From Camelus dromedarius (taxonomy: Eukaryota), in NCBI RefSeq assembly GCF_036321535.1, contig NC_087436.1:35094001-35158000 (forward strand): a stretch of DNA of 64,000 nucleotides, in the 5' to 3' direction. Position numbers and translations under genes: made by a program. The notes under the pieces were generated by a model. It was not told the origin of the DNA and made no database searches. It was given only the letters and a program-made list of their open reading frames with translations. This document shows, piece by piece, positions 59,401-64,000 of this stretch. Every line of letters starts with the position of its first letter. Position 1 is the first letter of the stretch.

Positions 59401-62400
59401 ATATGTTCCTTTTTGTATTATGTCAAGATACTGCAATAATTTCTCTGAGCAATTTATAACTTGAGAGCTCCTCCATGTCTGACAAGTCCACACTGCCCTA
59501 ACCAGTCTATATTTTTTCCTTTTTGCACCTTTCCTCAGCATCTATCTTTCCATTTTGTCCCTCTGGCAGCTCCATTCTCCATCTCTTCCATGTGACTTAT
59601 TTGTTCCTTGGTGTGTCTGAACAGATTTATATCTCTATCCTGAACTTCAACCTTGAAGAAAAAGTATTTGGGCTGGTTATTGTCCCAAGGACAGATCAGA
59701 TCTACAGGGGTCTGAAGTAATCTGGATTTAAAGTTATCCTCAGGGTGGGTAACCCTAGTCCATAGGAAAAAGACATATTTTCTATCTTGGTCTTCATGTT
59801 ATGAAATTCTTAGTGGTATGACAGAAAGATTTGGGAGAGCTGATAATTTACAGCAAATTTTATATATTTCACCATAGTCCAAACTAGAGAGTCATGTTAT
59901 ATTTAAACTGTTGCCATAAAAAATATTTGTTCATTTCTTTATATAAATGTGTATATTATGTGCTACCAGTTATTTGTATTGCTCTGTGATATATGCTCTT
60001 CTGATCCTGGAATGCTAAGGAAGGAAATATGAGATAAGCAGTTTCTCATCTCATAAATTTCAGGAAACGTTCATGTATATTACAGGTTTCTATTGAGCTG
60101 CAAGTGACAGTAGAAACACATGCACATGTTATGATTCTCCCAGATAAAAAAATAAGCCAAACAATAATACATCTTTACAAGTGATTCAATTATAAAAGCT
60201 TTCTGTCAGTTTTACATTAACTAATCAGAAATATCCGAAGTGCTTCTGCTAAATCCTAATTCCAATTATTGAATAATTAAGACAAAGTATACTGAGGTTC
60301 TTGTCTTCACAGTATTTCATTTTGTTACTCAGAAAGGATAAGGGACCGATGAATAATGCTGAGGAACCCCTGTACAGCTGGCCTAAGACAAGAGATCAAA
60401 TAAGGTGGTCCACAAGGTTCAAGAGTACTGAGATTTATATCATGTGTTTTTTGACAATTCCCTATCAATCTCATCATCATCAGTAGTGGGAAATCTCCAG
60501 AAAGAAAAGAGTAAATAGAAAACTAAAAGAAAAAAATGTTTGTAAGAAACAATGGAAAATGTATTATTAGTTCTGTTTTCTGGTTTAATTGAGGATACAA
60601 GTGGGACAGACAAGTTTTGTCTTTTAATTGGAATATTTAATTCAGTGACATAGATTATTATCTTTCTTATATTTGGATTTATGTCTCCTATCTTACATTA
60701 TATTTTCTGCTTGTCTCAACTTTTTACATTCTTTCTCTTCTATAGTAGCTCCTTTGGGATTAATCAAGATTTTGTTCTAAATTTTGTTCTCCCCCCTGTT
60801 AGTACTGATGTACACTCTTTACTCTTTAGTAGAGCTTTACCCTAGCAATGTGAATTCTTGACATATTAGGCCCTCATTTAAATGAGAAATTTTACCACTT
60901 TTCAAATAATATTATGACTCTCTCAACATTATGTAATTGTTTTAATTAATTCCACTCATCTGTATAATTAAATTGTTATAAGACATTATTTTTTTTAAAA
61001 AGAGTGCTAAGATATAAATAAATAAATAAATAATTTTTTAAAACAAGAGGATGGTCTTTACATTCAGTAAAATCCCACTTACAATATTTTTATTCACCTA
61101 CTTGAGACTCATTGTGGAAATGTTTCATGTGCAAATCCTTCATACTTTCTCTTATTAGATACCTGATGAAAGGAGGAAAATGGTACCAGCAAATAGAGGG
61201 CCTTATACCACCTGGAAAGCTGCCTTTTCATTGGCTGTGATTGATGGTGACAGTTCAAATCTATCTCAATCTCTCCCATCACATTCTTAATGCTAAAGAG
61301 CTGCTCATATGCTTCTTCAGCCCAGCTTCATTGGATTTATAGGTCTGCACACAGAGCAAGCAGGAAAAAACAGAAGGCTGGCAGCCTTGTATAAATGCAA
61401 AGGGTAGAGCTGCATACACCACGGCTAGCTTTAACAGGCACACAAAAATATTTCTTTTTCAGACAAGCAGTAGCACACATTGAGCAAGATAAACATACAG
61501 ATAAAGAAGACTAGGCACAACTGGAATGTGCCAGGAAATGTATTAGGTGGCCGTCCAATGGTTTTCCATGGTCAAACTTAAAAGTAAGTACAATATATAA
61601 TCAGTGGTGGCCTTCATCTCTGACTTTCTCTGGTGAAGTTTCATTGAAACTTGAGTCCACTCCCTGCATTCAAATACCTGCTTTTGAAACTAAGTTACCA
61701 CTTAAATGAAAACATCAAAGAAGTATTATTAGTATGAGAGAGGGAAAAGACCCACTATGTCATCCAACTTCCTTGCCAGTAATAAATTCTACCCTCAATT
61801 CTCTTTTCTAAGAGTTGCTCTAGCCTTATTTCTAAAGCCTCAGAGATGGGCATCCATCCTCTCCCCAAGAGGATATTTATTTCACATTTTAATAAGTTCA
61901 CAATTAGGAAACTTTTCCTGAGGGTCTGTCCAATTTTTCTTTGCTTAATTTCTTTCCTTGGCATTTAGTAATGGCTCAGAGTTCTGAAAATCATTCAAAG
62001 GCAGTTGATCTGGAAAAGTGTGGCTGTAAATGTTCATAATTTCTGTCAAATAGTGAGGGCTTTGGAGACTATGGTGGAAGTATGCCTATCATAAGCATCT
62101 GAAATCTTTTTGACCTCCTCTATGAATTCTACTTATATGTCTGCTTGATGACATATGATTTATATTACCATGAACTTGAGTCAGCAGAAATTACCTAAAA
62201 TCTTCAGTGCCATAACTGTTTAGCTTAAAAAAATCAGCACAGGTCATAGAATACCACTAGGAAAAAGATCAGTTATTTGTAGCAAACTTCAGCAAGGTTG
62301 TGGTCCTAATTTTTTCCAATACAGTGGGCCAAGGCTGGTGAGAACATCAAAGGCTTGAGTCACCCAAAGGAATAATTTCCTCCTCAAAACAGCCTTAAAT

Positions 62401-63639
62401 GCTCAATTCAGGGAAATAAAATTTGGTAATCTGATGAGAAAAATATATATATTTTGAAGAAGCAAGTAACTCATGCTCTACATTCTTTTATTTACAAAAT
62501 TTTATCTCCTCAAACCCTTCATTTCTTCTGCTATGTAATAAATTAAAGGCAATAATAACAATAAAAACTCAAAGAAGAAAAGGCCATAATTTAAACAGAA
62601 AGCATTTCTGGTAATTCCTAAAGATATGAAAGTCTAGACTAAATTGCAAATCAAATTTTATATTTTGCATTTCTTTATGTTTATTTTTTGAAAATTAACA
62701 GACATTCAATAATAGAAAAGTTAGCCAGTATAATAAGCTATGGACTATCTTTATCTAGAGAGCCTACTCTTATTTTCCATATTAAGAATTCCTCTAATCA
62801 ATGTGATTTGATATAAAATGTTTCCACCAAAACTCACGTTATTAATTTAAATGGTCCCTTGAAAGCAATTTAGGTACATAGAATAAATTTTAAAATAATT
62901 TTGAGTGCTTCTCAATATAAAACATGTAAAACAAAGTGGAAGTCTCATTAACTGTAGTATCAGGACCTGTAGGAGTTTTTTTTCCTAGTATATGATGAAG
63001 TCTATTTGTAACAACTTCAGATATTAAGAATTTGTCTTTACCCTTTTGCTGGACTTTGTTATTACTTTTTTGCTGTTTGTCAATGAGTTTTTTCTGGTCT
63101 TATGAAGTCCCTACAAATAAGGGGATTCATACCTGTGCAACATCCCATGCTCCTAAGGATGCTAATATTCAAAAAGTATCAGGTTATACTGAAGTTGCTA
63201 TTAAAAATGGCAGGTCACTGTGCAAACTAAAAAGAGGTTCTTTCCTGCAGCACAAACAGGAAACACTGCAAAAAGGTGCCCCCTCTGCAGATCAGTTAGA
63301 CAAAATACCCTTCCCTTTCCTGTAGCCTAAAGGAGGTTCCTAGGCAAGACACAAGCATGGTAAGCAGAATGCTCCCTGGGTTTTAGCTCATCATTCCCAC
63401 CTGGCTAAATGTCTCTATGCAGGACACAGGAGAAACAACCACATGTAGTGGCTCTGGATTCCACATGTATTGCCTAGGTTACCTGTCAATGTGATGATAG
63501 ACAATAAAGAAATGCCCATCAAAGACCTCTAGTTCCTTTGTTCCTTAGATCTTGTTTTGTAAAAACAGTTCCACTGTGACTTGAAAAATGTGATATTTAA
63601 ACTAAAATAATCAGGAACAATCTCTTCTCAGACGGGCAT

Positions 63640-63830
63640 TCATCAACATGAAATACTGGAAAAAATTAAAAACTGGGAGTTCTGCAGATCTGGAATCCAA
63701 ACTTTAACATTTACTCCTGGTGTCATACTGGTCAAATTACTTAAACTCTCTTAATCTTTCCTAATCCACATGATGGAGATAATAATGATTGACGGGAGGA
63801 CTAAATGAAATACGAAATGCTTATTAAATA
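63640..63830. mobile_element. MIR SINE
   Basis: CTGGGAGTTCTGCAGATCTGGAATCCAAAC...TGGTCAAATTACTTAAACTCTCT...ATGGAGATAATAAT...GGACTAAATGAAATA. Confidence 0.7.
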
Positions 63831-64000
63831 GTCCATAGAACAGTTATATACAGTATCTGGCTTTAATCCTACATAGAAAGAAAACAGGGATATATGGTAA
63901 TCTGGCACAGTAAAATGGCTGTTCCTTTCATTAGAGCCTGATTTTGTATATGAGTCATTGTGTGGTTGCTATGGAAATCACTGAACAGTAAAGGTAATTA

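Noticed and set aside
63275..63292. CTCF-like AGGGGGCACC on the minus strand
   Set aside because: The 5' CCASY half of the core does not match.
63032..63325. 97-aa ORF with a signal-peptide-like N-terminus
   Set aside because: Starts at TTG, the hydrophobicity reflects T-rich DNA, and I recognise no family.
1..64000. NUMT, snRNA/7SL/Y RNA copies, processed pseudogene, intact ERV gag/pol/env
   Set aside because: Looked for by eye and none recognised; a BLAST or Rfam search would be needed to exclude highly decayed copies.

Overview
AT-rich, CpG-depleted eutherian non-coding DNA (intergenic or deep intron). I see no credible protein-coding gene, intact RNA gene, CRISPR array or CpG island. 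The ORF track consists of chance ORFs and decayed LINE-1 ORF2 remnants. Much of the window is recognisable interspersed repeat: L1 of several ages, L2, MIR, MaLR/ERVL/ERV1 LTRs, and hAT and Tigger DNA transposons. A Tigger1a_Art-like element and an artiodactyl-type young L1, with no ruminant, pig or cetacean SINEs seen, suggest a cetartiodactyl, possibly a camelid (inference). Best observations: a near-complete two-LTR MLT1J MaLR element with a nested LTR78-like LTR, a strong CTCF motif, a recent 72/81-bp tandem duplication, an L1MC target-site duplication recording reciprocal CpG decay, an ERV1 3' LTR with its polypurine tract, and a tRNA-Ile/MamSINE1-like relic. Repeat names come from recalled consensus sequences, not a search, and boundaries of old repeats are approximate. 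I found no evidence for a novel biological system.
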